Below, one piece after another: positions 27,101 through 39,810 of a DNA stretch of 64,000 nt; the first letter of the stretch is position 1, and every line of letters begins with the position of its first letter. This DNA is from Gnetum montanum (lineage: Eukaryota; Plantae; Gnetophyta), in assembly GCA_015680685.1 (NCBI GenBank), contig MNCI01003226.1, positions 62,001 through 126,000 on the forward strand, in the 5' to 3' direction. The notes beneath the pieces are model-generated. The model made no database searches and had not been told where the DNA came from. It worked only from the letters and a program-made list of their open reading frames with translations. A program made the position numbers and the translations under genes.

Positions 27101-27551
27101 TAAACATGAAATGAGTACGACTTAATCACGAACATTTAAGTGTGACTACTTGGTGTCCTAATAGTGTATCTAGGAGTGCTCAAGTAACATGCGCTTGGTA
27201 ATCCAAAAAGTAGTACACAAAGTCTAAGATGTGTACGGATGATTAAGGACGGATGCTCATCGCACTTAGGCTAGCTTATATTTTTTTTTCTTGTATTGCT
27301 CATTAGCTTAATCAAAGTTATTCTCTATTGTCCTTAGGAGTAGCATAGTGATAGGAAACACATCATACACCTCACTCTTGATTAAACCATACATGACAAA
27401 GCAAATACTAGTTCAAGTGGGAAGACTGCGAACTACAATCAATGTGTAACTATCTAAATACCACAACTAGCGTATATGCGAAGTTTGACTGGATCATGCG
27501 TGAATGCTCATATTCGTATGGATGAGTGTAGGAGTACCTCGCCACTCATCA
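18128..27551 (+). mobile_element. Athila-like element B nested in A. LTRs 18128-18991 and 26688-27551; gag ~19300-20200; env-like ORF ~23070-26500; no pol
   Basis: Paired ~864-bp LTRs. PBS TTGGTGCTATTGCCAGGGA, close to the tRNA-Asp complement TGGCGCCGTTGCCGGGGA. PPT TTAGTCATGGGGGTA. TSD GTTGT/ACTGT (two transitions). Gag-like HNLQAFHDAC...FNERY. Env-like FPFPCLIRKLCQCAGI followed by a coiled-coil region. Confidence 0.9.
25022..25985 (-). mobile_element. Solo LTR C (same family as the LTR of element D) nested in B
   Basis: TGATGA...TCATCA termini. Perfect TSD CGGAG (25017-25021 and 25986-25990). Reverse complement is closely similar to 44998-45964. Confidence 0.92.
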
Positions 27552-29659
27552 ACTGTTGAGCAAGAGAAGGAGAAGGTAGTCTGGAATGCCTTAGTTGTTG
27601 ACGCTCAAACATATGCCCATAAGAAGGCATTGACTGCCACACAAGAAGAAAATAAAAAGCTTGTTGTAGATAATGCAAGGTTGACCACTGTCAAAAAAAT
27701 ATAAGAATATCTTGGAGGAAAGCATCCACTAGTTGAGAGAACAACTAGTGAGGGTTAATAGGGACATTAATAGATTGGCCAGAGAGAATCAAACCCTCTC
27801 AATTGAGAAGGTTCATGTAATTCATCAGGAGTCTACAATCAAAATAAGCATGTGGAAAAATGAGGCTAGGAAACATGAAAGCTGAAAGAGCACTTTCGAG
27901 ACTAGGTTGGCACATATAAGCAGACCAATGAAAAGGAAATGTAGATGGAAAAAGCCCATTTTGGATCCACATTAGCACAAAATCTTGATTGGCAGCCCAT
28001 TCTAGATAGTTATGCATTAGCCCACCAAGTGGAAGCGAAGAATAAAGACCTATGGATTAAGAACTTAAAGGAATACATGGCATTGTCTAACCTTCGATAT
28101 GTCAACCTTGCCCTATTAACAGCAGGTTAGCCTAGAAATGAATTAGAGTAGCAGGTAGTGACCACCTACGCATTATATGAAAAAGAATTTGGAGATAGAA
28201 AAGATGCTTTACAAAAACTTCATGTAGCAAACTCCGAATTGGAGCTGATTAAGGCTCACTAACATGAATAGAAAGATGTTGCCTCAGACCTAGATAGGAG
28301 ATTAATAGATCATCATGAGTTGAAAGAAAAGGCTAGGTTCTTTGAGGAGAAATGACACTAGTTTGCAGCTTGGTACATGAAGTCCAACAAATTGTTTCTA
28401 TAGCTGCCATGGCCATGGAATGTATTGACACTAGCACACATCGATTCAGTAGCCTGGAGAGTACATAACCCAAGGACAGAGAAAGAAAAGTTGCAAGTGC
28501 TACTCAACCACTATAAATTTCCAAATCCTAGCGATAAAGGGAAGCGACTGATGGGGGAGCCATCGCTTCCAAACACTACATCACCTTCCCCAATTTTGTG
28601 TCCTGTAATGTTGTGTCCAAATTTTTGTAAAACATCACTACGACATGTAAGAGTTAATTCTTTTGTTTGTTTGAGTTAGTCAATAATTTCATACCTTCCT
28701 GATATTTTGTAAAGAACTTGTTTCTCATTTTTTTTAACTCGAGAATGAGTTTTTAATCAATCATGGGGGTATGATGAGTCATGATTTTGTCAACTCTGAT
28801 ATCAGATACATGATATCAAAGCCTCAATATTGGATACGTGATATTGGGTTCCAAAAAATGATGTCGAATATTCGATAATTGTCTCTTCCATGCTAGCCTA
28901 TAAATACAACACTTGGGTACATGCTTGGGACATAGTTGGCTAATACATTTTAGAGAGCTTTTTATAGATTTTTGATTTCCAAATTTGTTGTTTCCCAATG
29001 CATGCTTGCATTGTGATGTCAAGTGATTGTACGACATCTTTATTCAAGTGTAATGTACTTGGACCTGTTACATGACTGAAAATAAAGATTGAGATTACTT
29101 TCATCATTGTAGCATCCACTTAGATTTATTATTGCTTTTTAATTGCTTAAATGTCTATTGTTTTGCTTAGTTAATGTTTCAATTTATTGCTCTTTATGAT
29201 TCGTGTCATTAGGCGGAATGAGTACAAGTAATCATGAGCGATTAAGTGTAATTGCTTGGTAACCCAATATCATTTGGTAAGTCCAGTGATGTATGCTTGG
29301 TAATCCCAGTGGTAGTTACATGAAGTCCAATGTATAGGCAGATGATTAGAAATGGATACTCATCTCATGTAGGCTAGTTTAGATTTTACTTTCCACTATT
29401 AATTAGCTTAATTAATTTATCTCTTTATTATCATTAGGAGCAACATAGGGCTAGACAACATCAATCATATGCCTCACTTTGGACTAAATCATACATGACA
29501 AAGCTACCACTACTCCAACTGGAAAGACAACAAACTGTGATCAAAGCATAACGATTTAGATGTACAAGTAGTCCCATCCATGGAATTTGATCGGATCATG
29601 CATAAATGCTTATGATTCGTATGGTTGGGTGTAGGGGTACCTCGCTGCTCATTAATCAT

Positions 29660-30150
29660 CAACACATGTAAGGATCTATCAAAAATAATTTCAATTGTAA
29701 TTACAAATTAAGTTGGTATTTTATGCATTCGCTTTTAGTGTTCATTAATAAAAAAATGTAAACAAAGTAGGAGAAATAGGACACCCTTGTTTAGCATAAA
29801 CAAAACTATTAAATGAAATTCTTTCTTGTTCATTTGGAAACTAAATACATATCTTTTGTAAAGTTTTTGGATAGTCAATAATAGTGTTCTAGAAACTTTT
29901 AAATTTTCCAAGCCCCTTTATAACATTCTTGGAATGATAAAATCATAGGCCTTATAAAAATCTACAAAGTAAACAAAAGCTTTCTTGTATAGACCTTTTG
30001 CTCTATCAATAAGATATTTTAAAGTAATGAGATGATATCCTGTGAAATTGCATGTATATGATTTTCTTTAGCCCATCTTTGAAGCATAGATTTTAGAATA
30101 GTGCCTAGAAGCTTGAAAAAAATATTGCTAATTACAATCAATTTATAACT
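29660..30150 (-). mobile_element. Old degraded LINE, RT N-terminal part (continuation of 14150-15106)
   Basis: Minus-strand RT motifs FVDFYKAYDF (~29940-29970) and KQGCPISPTLF (~29760-29795). Confidence 0.7.
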
Positions 30151-30271
30151 ATTTAGATTTTTTTTTGTCTTATTTTTTTTAAAGAGCATAAAAGCTTTAT
30201 TAATAGATGTTGAATATTACTGCAAGAGATAAATTACATAATAAAGATATTAGTAAAAGACTTAGAGTATC

Positions 30272-33200
30272 GAGGATAGATACGGGAGAGATGACAAGCG
30301 AGCTATCGGGAGCGGCGACACCCGCGGGCACGGAGGCCTTAACACACACGTAGACACCTGCGAACACGGAGGTTTCGAGGGCAAAAGCAGAATAGGTGGA
30401 TGTGGCAGCCTAGGAGACCAAGAAGACCAGGCTGAACGCCACGAAAGTCATGCTGGAGGTCGGCTGGGAGAACCCGTAGGATGCCCTCAAGGGTACCGGA
30501 GAGTTTGGCGGGTGCTCATGGGAGGGGATGGTGCTAAAGATCAAAGTCGGCCGCCCAGCCGCAGGCACATTGAAATGATTTGAGCGTAGCTTGATAGGCA
30601 AGTTCGTGTCGAAGGGGGCATGGCCACGAATGGATCTGATTTGGCAATGGGTCCAGACTGTTTGGGGGCTGGATACAGTGATGGTCAAATGCCTGGTGAG
30701 TGACCATTTCTTGTTCTGCTTCGCCTCAACGGTGAACTGGGAGCGCATTTTGGTGGAAGGGCCTTGGTTTTATGGGTCCTAGGGGTTGGCACTGGCACCC
30801 AGGTGCCCAGGGGCACACCGGGATCACGCTCTGTTCGAACGGGTGCTGGTTTGGGTGCGACTACATGGCCTTCCCCTGGAATACTAGTCGATTGAGTTCC
30901 TGCAATCGCTCGCTGCCTTGTTTGGTGAGTTTATCAAATTTGACCAGTTCACCAAGATAATGGATTGGCTGGGGTTTGCGAGGTTTTGTATGTGGAGGCC
31001 CATGCGCTCTGCGGAACACATGGAGGAACTAGTGCTAGACATTGACCTAGGTGAGGAGTGGGTCTAAGTCCAGTTCAAAAATCTGCCTATGGAGGCCCCG
31101 ACCCCGAAGGCGGACCTCGTGACGGGTGGCGACTAGGTGCATCTAGGCTGTACCACCCAAGGTTGGACACCCGGATAACACCACGACCCGGCACAAGGCC
31201 ACACAACTATTCATCGATTTGGGAGTGCAGTCCACACTCTGAGAGGTCTACAACAGACACGTGTCAGTGTCACCATGAAGGTACTCTCATGGAACTACAG
31301 GGGACAAGGTACCCCATATAAAAGACATACCCTGAACCGCATGGTGCGGACCGAGGGGTGCGATGTAGTGTATCTCCAAGAGACTAAATTACAGCAGACA
31401 GAGGCTTAGGTTTTACAGTGGTTGGGCTGGTGCAGTCACCTTGTGCCTAGCTGGGGATGTGCAGGTGGCCTCGCGGTCCTCACCAGGGGGACGTATTTGC
31501 TAGTTGTATCAGATTGGTGCATTACGGTGCACTTGCCGGGTCGGGATGTCTGGATCACCAACGTCTATGGTGCTCAGGGGTGGAAGGACCGCCTTCGGGA
31601 ATTGTCCTGGGTTGCGGGGCTGGTCCCCCGCAACTCCCGCTAGCTCCTAATTGGAGACTTCAACCAACAGTTATATAGCTGGGAGAAGACTGGGGGTAGC
31701 GTGATGGAGCCGCCAGGGGCTTCCGAATGCCTTGCGCTGCTGCAGCGCACCGGCCTCACTGACATGGAGATTGCTAGGTGTAAGTACACCTGGAGCAATC
31801 GCAGGTAGGGAGCTGCCAGAGTGCAATCCTGGATCGACCGGGTGTGGGCCAACAAGTAGCTTTTGGTTGACTCGGACATTCACGCATACAGACACGAGCG
31901 GATGGCCTCGGATCATCGACCCATCCTATGCCACCTGGAGATGGACGTGTCTCGAGCCCCGTGCCCATTCCTGTTCGAACGTACTTGACTCAACAAACCC
32001 TAGTTAGGCGAGCTGGTCCAATCCATCTGGCAGGGGTACAATGACATGATGGAACCACATGACTTCCTTAAGCACGGGCTAAGGGCCATCAAACGACAGA
32101 TTAAAGCCCTTGCCACGACAGATAAGTATAGCTTTAAGGGTTACTGAGCTCAACTACAATCGAAGCTACAGGACATCCATACTTAGCAAGAGCACGGGGC
32201 CGATCTCACGCACAAGGAGCTTGCCCTCTTGTAAATCTTGTAGCGCGAAGAGGAGGAGTACTGGTGCCAACGGGCCCGTGTGCAGTGCCTATGGGCCGAC
32301 GACCAACACATGAAATTCTTCTTTGCCACGGCCAAGGCGCATCGTGGGACCCGTCAGCAAACATAGCGAATGCTGCATGGCCTCACTCAGGGGGAACAGC
32401 CCCACTCACAGTCCGGGACAAATAAATTGTTGCAATACTAGCAACAAGTCTAGCAATGGCAACCCACGGATCCCATCTCCGTCCCGATACAGAAGGTTCT
32501 CACAGCCGCAGACAACTTGTGCCTCATGTAACCTTTCTCACGAAGTGAGCTCCAAATCGCACTACGTGACATACTGGCTGATAAAGCCCCAGGGCCAGAT
32601 GGGTGGCCCATCGAATTCTTCCGTGAATTCGAAGATGTACTGGGTGCAAATCTGCTGGATGCCTTCAACTGTATGCTGGCATGACAACAAGTGCGCAAGG
32701 AAATCAATTGCTCCTGGGTGGTCCTACTGCCAAAGACGGAGAACCCCACATCTCTTGGGCATTTCCGACCCATTGGAGTTTGCAACTCGCTTTTAAGGTT
32801 ATTTTCGCGAATGGTGGTTACAAGGTTGCAACCCCTCATGCCACGACTGGTGGGACAAAACCAGGCTGCGTTTGTGAAAGGCCGGCATTTGCAGGATCAG
32901 GTCCTGCCCCTGCAAGAAATTCAACACTCCCTTAAGGTCGCCAAATTACCAAGGCTCTGCATAAAATTAGACATTACTAAAGCCTACAATTCCATGAGCT
33001 GGGCTACCTTCAGGACAATGCTACAAGCAAAAGGATTTGCTAAATCATTTGTTGATTTATGCCTGCAGATTCAATGGGGTGGATAGTACTCGCTATACAT
33101 AGATGGACACCTGTGGGGTTTTCACGACACCGGTCGTGGGCTTCGCCAAGGGGATCCTCTCTCCCTGCTCCTGTTCCTGGTGGTGATGGATCTCCTGCAA

Positions 33201-35596
33201 ACCTACTGTGCCGAAGAAGGAGTCCTGGGGCTGAACATGCACAACATCCCATGCTTAACCGCCCATTACGCAGATGACACAATGATTTTTACCTGTGCAG
33301 TAATGCCATAGGCTTGAGCGTTGGTGAGAACGCTGAACAGGCTGCAGTGTGAAGTGGGGCTAGTCCCCAACCTTGGGAAGTCTGCGCTCTATTTCACACA
33401 TACTCATCCTTCCGTGTGCAAAAAGGTCATCCAGATTCTGGGGATTCTGCCTAAGGGGGTGGAGGACATGTACCTGGGCATCCCCATCCACAATTGGCAC
33501 CGCCAACGAACCTGGCAGGCCCTCATAAAAAAAATTCAAAAGCGCACGACACACTGGACAAACAGGTTCCTATCCCGAAAAGGGAGAATTGTGTTCACGT
33601 CAATAGTGTTGGGGGCCATGATGAGGTTTGTGGCCTCAATGGCCACCCCGCCCTCTAGAGTTATCAGGAAAATCGATGTGATCCTCAAGGATTTCGTGTG
33701 GTCGAGGGGCAAGGGAGGGATGAAAATGCATCTGGTGGCCTGGGACAAGACCGCGTCCCCCCCCGCCCCGTGGGGGGGGGGGGTGGGCGTTTTGTCGTTT
33801 GCGGTCGAGGTGGCCTTGGGAAGACAAAGGCTTTTGCTTCGGCTCTCCCTGACGTCCGGCGACCCCTCCTTGTGGGCCTAGATCTTATGACAAAAACACT
33901 GTCCTTGGGAGGCTACCAATTCCAATTCCCAGGTGTGGCGATAGCTCTGCGCTCACGTCAGATCGCTTGACCATGAGAACGAGGTCACCCTGCTCCCCAG
34001 GCAACTGCATCAACAACAATTCCTGACCGAACCCCAGTGGATGTCGCTGTGGACGTGCATAATTCCAGAAAATATCAAAACCTTCGGGTGGTTGGTCCTC
34101 CACCAAGCGATCCCCATTTGTGCACGGCTGCGGGCACGTGGCTTGCCGATCAGTACCAATTGCCTGATGTGCAATCAGTGCACAGAGATGCAGCAACACT
34201 TCTTGCATGATTGCCACGTGGCTAGGCAGTTCTGGAGTACGGCCAGTCTAACCCTGCTCAAGTTCTCTGGCAATTTGTCGACGCTGGCGGTGCTGTGGAC
34301 ACTTTGGTGGGCTAGGAACAATCGGGTCTTTAAAGGGATGGCTCTTCCGCCACCGGCCGCGCTTGCCTGCAGGTTTCGCAAACTCTAGCGTGAAATTACT
34401 ATGGCCCTAGGTACGCACGCTCATCTCGAGCCTCCTACCACCGCTCTCCAAAATCGGCCGGAACTCTGGCGCTGGGTTACACGAATGGGGTGGACCTGCG
34501 TGCTGCAACGCATCACGGCCGACCCGAAGATGGATACCCAACCGTTCTACGCGAATTGGGGGGAGAGGTTACCATGTTCTAGGGGTGCTAAATCTTGGTC
34601 ACTATCTACGCGGTGGCTGCTGTGATTGGTGAGCCCACCCAGGGGGACCATATTCCCTCGGTCACGGGATCGCATGCCGCAGTGGCAGAATTCTTCTAGG
34701 GCCCCATTCCCAGGATGACAAGCGGCCACATATGGGGGACGACCCTCCCGCCTGACTGGTGGGCCACAGCGGAGCTGGTGGAGCAGTGCTTCATTTAGTC
34801 AGGCTCACACCACAAGCTGAATGGGGTGTAGTTAAGGTTCCTCTAGAACATCCGTGCCAAGACTCCAATTAACCTTCTGTTGTTCCTCTGGGAGTCTCTA
34901 TGACGGTAGTGCCCGAGCAAGCACCCGGGGGTGATCCGAGCTCTTTGGCTAGTTGGGACCGTGGTCCCGTTGCTTCAGCCGCCACCTCATTCGGCGCAGG
35001 GGTAGCAATGGAAACGGAGGAGGCACGGTAACTGCGAGGAGGATATTGTGGCCGTGAACAGGGCCTCAATTACGCCCCCAGGGTCCTCCACGATGCTCAT
35101 GGTGGGCAGGACGGGCTGGGGCAGATCTTGGAGGGTGAGGAGCCGAAGACAAATGATAGCCCCAAAGACAAAACCAGGGGGCAATGTCCTGACAGTTCGC
35201 CGCTCCCCCGCAGTCACAAATCCAGATGCTGTTTTGGATTGAAGACGTTATTAGAGACCATATGATGGGCATTGCCCAAATAATAGAGGAAAACAGACGG
35301 TGCCTAGCGACAGGCCTAGGGGAGCTGGTTCCGAGGCCGTAAACAGTCGAAGAGACTCAAAACTCCAACCATAACTCCCCCAAAAGCTAGTTGTGGGGGG
35401 GGGGGGGGGGGGGCCGGAGGGAAACACCGGTTAACAGTCGGGACAGGATTGGAGGCCCGTCGGTGGGGGGAGTTCGCGGGGGATCCAGGGCTAATGTCGG
35501 TGGGGGGCCAACAGCTATGGCCTGCGCTGTACGGATGTATAGCATTCTTTTTTGGGAATACAATTTCGATCGATTTTTTCGGAAAAAAAAAAAAAA
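30272..35596 (+). mobile_element. Full-length L1-type LINE, decayed (ORF1 DUF4283-like; ORF2 endonuclease, RT, zf-RVT)
   Basis: TSD ACTTAGAGTATC at 30260-30271 and 35596-35607. Poly(A) at 35583-35596. ORF1 LIGKF...EGPWFYG; EN MKVLSWNYRG, LQETK, GDFN, WIDRV, SDHRPI; RT KAPGPDG, FRPIGVCN, KLDITKAY, LRQGDPLSP, HYADD; zf-RVT CLMC...HFLHDC. Many in-frame stops. Confidence 0.93.
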
Positions 35597-36347
35597 CTTA
35601 GAGTATCTTCTATTTTAAACAAGTTGTAAAAATGATGGATTAACGATCTCAGCTTTCCTTTAAATATGCGTTTGTGTTTCTTTGCTTTTTAAATTACGGA
35701 GAATTTAATGAGCGATGTAAATTTGGTTTTTCTGGTTGGTTGCTCTTAGCTCTAATGCTTCTCCAATGAGCTACAAGCTATTCTCAGACGAGTTAAGCCT
35801 TAAGGCGAGTTACAAGGTTGTCTCAGTCACAAGATTTACTACTGGCTACTTTTACCTCAGCAAGGTTCAGGCGTGCCTGGAGCGCACGATTGGCCACTTT
35901 TAGCCTTCACCGTTGAAGCAACATTTACAATACTCTCCAGTAGTCATACTTCTGCAGTTCTTTTGTATCGTTTTTCTGCATCAACTTCGAAATTAATGTT
36001 TGTGTGGAACGCCAAACTTTGATTCTGAAGGCTTCATGCTGCATTACAAGCAAGATCGTTAAAGATTTGCTCTTCAAATCTTTTTATTTTGTAGCTGAAC
36101 AATGAAATTATAAATTAATAGCACGGAACTGAAGGATACCACCTTAGGGAGATAATTTAATATTTGAATAATTTATGGAGTATGTATTTGAATAGAATAT
36201 AATAGTACTTTAATTTGTTGCCTATAATTTAAGTCTAAACTTGCATCTACTTGATAACAATGAATCTTGATAACACTCAGTTATAATCTTGGGATGTATT
36301 TATATAGGCAAAAAGCCGAAATTTTTTTTGTAGATTAAGTCTAAAAG

Positions 36348-36420
36348 TGGAGATGCGGGGTATCGATCCCCGTACCTCTCGCATGCTAAGCGAGCGCTCT
36401 ACCATCTGAGCTACATCCCC
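36348..36420 (-). tRNA. tRNA-Ala (anticodon AGC)
   Basis: GGGGATGTAGCTCAGATGGTAGAGCGCTCGCTTAGCATGCGAGAGGTACGGGGATCGATACCCCGCATCTCCA forms a full cloverleaf with G3:U70. CAA just upstream, T4 terminator downstream. Confidence 0.97.
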
Positions 36421-38302
36421 GTTTGGGTATTGGCTTTCAGATAACACTCTAAAGATCATGGAATCCATTATTTCGATATTTGAACGACTTTCTACTTCAC
36501 ACTGAAATTTTCAGTGGGTACGATCGCTAGGCCAGCACTTTCCGCGATACCCATGCGAAGATCCCTTCGTCTTGTTATTTCTCATGTTCCTGACCCATTC
36601 TACTTTCGGTATTTGCTTGTGGGATATGACTTCGTAAAGGAGAAGTTAAATTTTGTAGATGTCAACTAGCCTTGCTCAATGAACGTGGTGACTGCTACAT
36701 TTGGAAATCCAGATGTTCTGAGACTGCTACATTTGGAAATGAAGATGTTCCGAGACTCAAACTTGTTAGGCTGTATGACTGGGAGTCTGGGACTACATGG
36801 TTTCGGTTCCAACCAAAGCCACCGATGCATTATATTTACCCACCCTCGATTTCAATCAATCGTTGACATACTGACTTAAGATGCAGAGAAATTGTGGGAA
36901 TTAAGCAGCTAACATTCTTCAAGACCGTCCATACAATTGAACAGTGAAAAGTAAAAACAAACAAAACATCGAGGGATGCAACGCTTTATTCTTATGTTAA
37001 ATTTGCTTATTGCTACGGAAGTGGTGTTTCCTTGTGTCAAGCAGTCACCGCTGACATGGTGGAAAACCACAGCGAGGACGGCAAATGCAGTGGTAGTAAA
37101 GGAAGAGGGAGGAGAGATAGATGCCATCCTTACCGTGGTGATGTTATGCCTGGGTTTTGGGGATCCATTTATGATCGCCACTTCACAAGTCGCGCACTTG
37201 AGTTCTACGGTCCAGTTTTTGTTTTACTATTGTATGTATGGCATTGTCACTGAACGGATCTAGGTTATATCAGACTGCTAATCTTTAGTCAATCTGTAGT
37301 TTTTTTACTGATGTTAGAGGAATTATAACCGGTGGAACATTGTTTTTTAGTTATAACTTTAAGAAGAATGTGAATGGTAGTTTATATGCTGTTCTATTTG
37401 TTCTTTTATATATCAAATTTTCTTTTTAACCACCAGACAAATATAAATTCTAAGATGTAGCTTTGCTAGAAAAACATTTAGTATTTTAATATAGGCAAGG
37501 GAATTAAGTTAAATAAAAAATTTTTGTAAGCATGTTTTGGATTTAGGTCACTTCTTTAAGATCATCATTCTACCTGTAGATTTTTGTAAGCATATTTTGG
37601 ATTTAGATCACTGCTTTGGCATCATAACTTAGAGCCAAAGTGCTCATCTTGCTAAGCAGGTCCCAAGAAGGTTGAACTTGAGAAACAAACACCTCACCAT
37701 TACTCCATATTTAGATCATTGCTTCTAACCCTTCAGTATATTTTAAAGGGTTTTGATATATTGTATGCTATTTGTTTCATGTAATATAATTTCATGTACA
37801 ACTAAATTAGTATTTACTTATGTGCATGATATGTTAAATAAATTAAATTTTTAACCAGGGAAAAATTTTAAACGATGCATGATTTACCACACCAAAGTTT
37901 TTAAAAAGGAGAGAAAAACTCTTCCTAAGGTTGGATTAGAACCGCAGTGTTCTTTGTATATTAAAAGCTTTATATTTATATATATACATATTACAGTATA
38001 AAAGTTTTCTGATAAAAAAAAGTTCAGAAAATGTTTATTACGCCAACTCTTGTCATATGAACGTTAACGCCTTTCAATTCAGAAGCCATTATTTGAAGCA
38101 AAATTCGATTCCAGCGTGATGGCGTGCAATTATCGCAAAAAGCCTTAATCACAAGGAATAAGTATCCCAAAAAGCCTTAATTGTTGGGATGGCCACAAAT
38201 TGTGAATTATTACCTTCCCTTACTCCCTGATCCATCGGAACCTCCATGTGCAACATCCAATTCATTGCCACAGTCTCAATCAAGCTCTCCTTTTATTCAA
38301 CC

Positions 38303-38310
38303 CTATAAAA
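38303..38310 (+). promoter_or_regulatory. TATA box of the root-cap gene
   Basis: CTATAAAA about 75 bp upstream of the ATG at 38380. Confidence 0.55.
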
Positions 38311-38379
38311 CCTTCCTTCCCAAACCTCCACAGCGCCAAGCCTGTATCTATCATCGCCCATCTTCATCAACAACAAAAG

Positions 38380-39522
38380 ATGGCACCCATCTCATTTTTC
38401 CTGGCAGTGGCCATCCTCTGTACGGCCGCCACGGCACCATCATTTTCCGTACAAGCCGCCAACCCCAGCTCTTATCCACCCAATTCCCCGCCACCTTCAC
38501 CGAAGTCGCCGCTACCGCCAAAGGCGCCAAAATCACCTCCGCCGCCGAAACGACAAAATTGGCCGCCAGTGCCGGCGGGGCCGGGCACCGTCACGTGCGG
38601 CGACACGTCGTACGGCAGCTGCTACGGCAAACAGGCCACGTGCCCGGCCACGTGCTCGCAGACATGCCACATGGACTGCCGCACGTGCAAGGCGGTGTGC
38701 TCGTGCGACAAACCCGGCGGTGTCTGCCAGGACCCCCGTTTTGTCGGCGGCGACGGCGTCACGTTCTACTTCCACGGCCGCTCCGAGGCCGATTTCTGCC
38801 TCGTCTCCGACAAGGCCCTCCACGTCAACGCGCACTTTATCGGCAAGTCCCGCGCCGCCGGCGGCCGCGACCTCACGTGGGTGCAGGCGCTGGCGCTGCT
38901 CTTCCGCGACGCCGGCGGCTCCCAGCACGTGCTCCACGTGGCCGCCGGCCGCAACGTGACGGAGTCCACGCTGGCGGCGGCGGAGCACGTGACGGTGTCC
39001 CTGGACGGGCGGGCGGTGCACGTGCCGGAGTTCGAGGGCGCCAGCGTGGCGGCCGAGCACGTGGGCGTCCGCGTCAGCCGCGTGGCGTCCTCGTCGGGGA
39101 GGAACGCGCTGCGGTTGGAGGTGGCGGACGCGGTTACCGTGACGGCTAACGCGGTGTGCATCGGGCGGCAGGAGTCGAGGGTCCACAACTACGACATCGA
39201 CGTTGACAGCGACTGCTACGCGCACTTGGACGTGGCCTTCAAATTCCATGCTCTGTCTGAAGACGTCAGCGGCGTCCTCGGCAGAACTTATTCGGCCGAC
39301 TACGTGACCCCAAAGTCGTTTCTGGAGTCTTCCGCCATGCACGTGGTGGGTGGCGAATCCTCGTACCAGACGTCGGATCTTTTCAGTCCCGACTGTGCAG
39401 TCTCGCGCTACGGTGTTATCAGTGCTGTGTCTTCTTCTTCCTCTTCTGTTTTTAGTGCGTCGCCCATGGCCGTAACGTGCTCCTCTCGCGTCTCTGGCCG
39501 CGGCATCGTTTGCCGCCGCTAA
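38380..39522 (+). CDS. Secreted Pro-rich / root-cap-domain (LEA-related) protein, intronless
   Basis: Signal peptide MAPISFFLAVAILC, SPPP repeats, Cys-rich linker, CQDPRFVGGDGVTFYFHG, DFCLVSD, VNAHFIG, TWVQAL, DCYAHLD, GVLGRTY and C-terminal GRGIVCRR. Confidence 0.92.
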   Translation: MAPISFFLAVAILCTAATAPSFSVQAANPSSYPPNSPPPSPKSPLPPKAPKSPPPPKRQNWPPVPAGPGTVTCGDTSYGSCYGKQATCPATCSQTCHMDCRTCKAVCSCDKPGGVCQDPRFVGGDGVTFYFHGRSEADFCLVSDKALHVNAHFIGKSRAAGGRDLTWVQALALLFRDAGGSQHVLHVAAGRNVTESTLAAAEHVTVSLDGRAVHVPEFEGASVAAEHVGVRVSRVASSSGRNALRLEVADAVTVTANAVCIGRQESRVHNYDIDVDSDCYAHLDVAFKFHALSEDVSGVLGRTYSADYVTPKSFLESSAMHVVGGESSYQTSDLFSPDCAVSRYGVISAVSSSSSSVFSASPMAVTCSSRVSGRGIVCRR

Positions 39523-39690
39523 GTCCTCCGTCGCTCGAGTTCGGAATTGCAACGATGGCGGTCTCTGTCCTGGGCCGTGCGCGGAATAATTTGCCGTCTC
39601 TTCTCGGACAATCCGTTGCGGCATCGTGCTATTGCTTGCAGCAATGGTTGGTTGATAAGGGAATCCATCTGTACCCATAAGTGAATTCAT

Positions 39691-39810
39691 CATCAGAATA
39701 AATCGTTGCATGTTCGTTCAGTGTTTAAAACATCAGAGTAAATCGTTGCATGTTCGTTCAATGTTTAAAACATCAGAGTAAATCGTTGCATGTTCGTTCA
39801 GTGTTTAAAA
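39691..39810. repeat. 40-bp tandem repeat x3 downstream of the root-cap gene
   Basis: catcagagtaaatcgttgcatgttcgttcagtgtttaaaa at 39691, 39731 and 39771. Confidence 0.9.

Larger units (their letters stand above)
15112..29654 (+). mobile_element. Athila-like Ty3/gypsy element A, non-autonomous (gag and env-like remnants, no pol). LTRs 15112-15945 and 28772-29654
   Basis: LTR termini TGATGA...TCATCA (3' LTR ends TCATTA). Perfect 5-bp TSD ATCAT (15107-15111 and 29655-29659). Degenerate tRNA-Asp PBS after the 5' LTR. PPT TCATGGGGGTA before the 3' LTR. Confidence 0.9.

Noticed and set aside
36277-36468. 63-aa ORF
   Set aside because: Runs through the tRNA-Ala gene; not coding.
38181-39711. Alternative-frame and antisense ORFs over the root-cap gene
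   Set aside because: Same GC-bias shadow effect.
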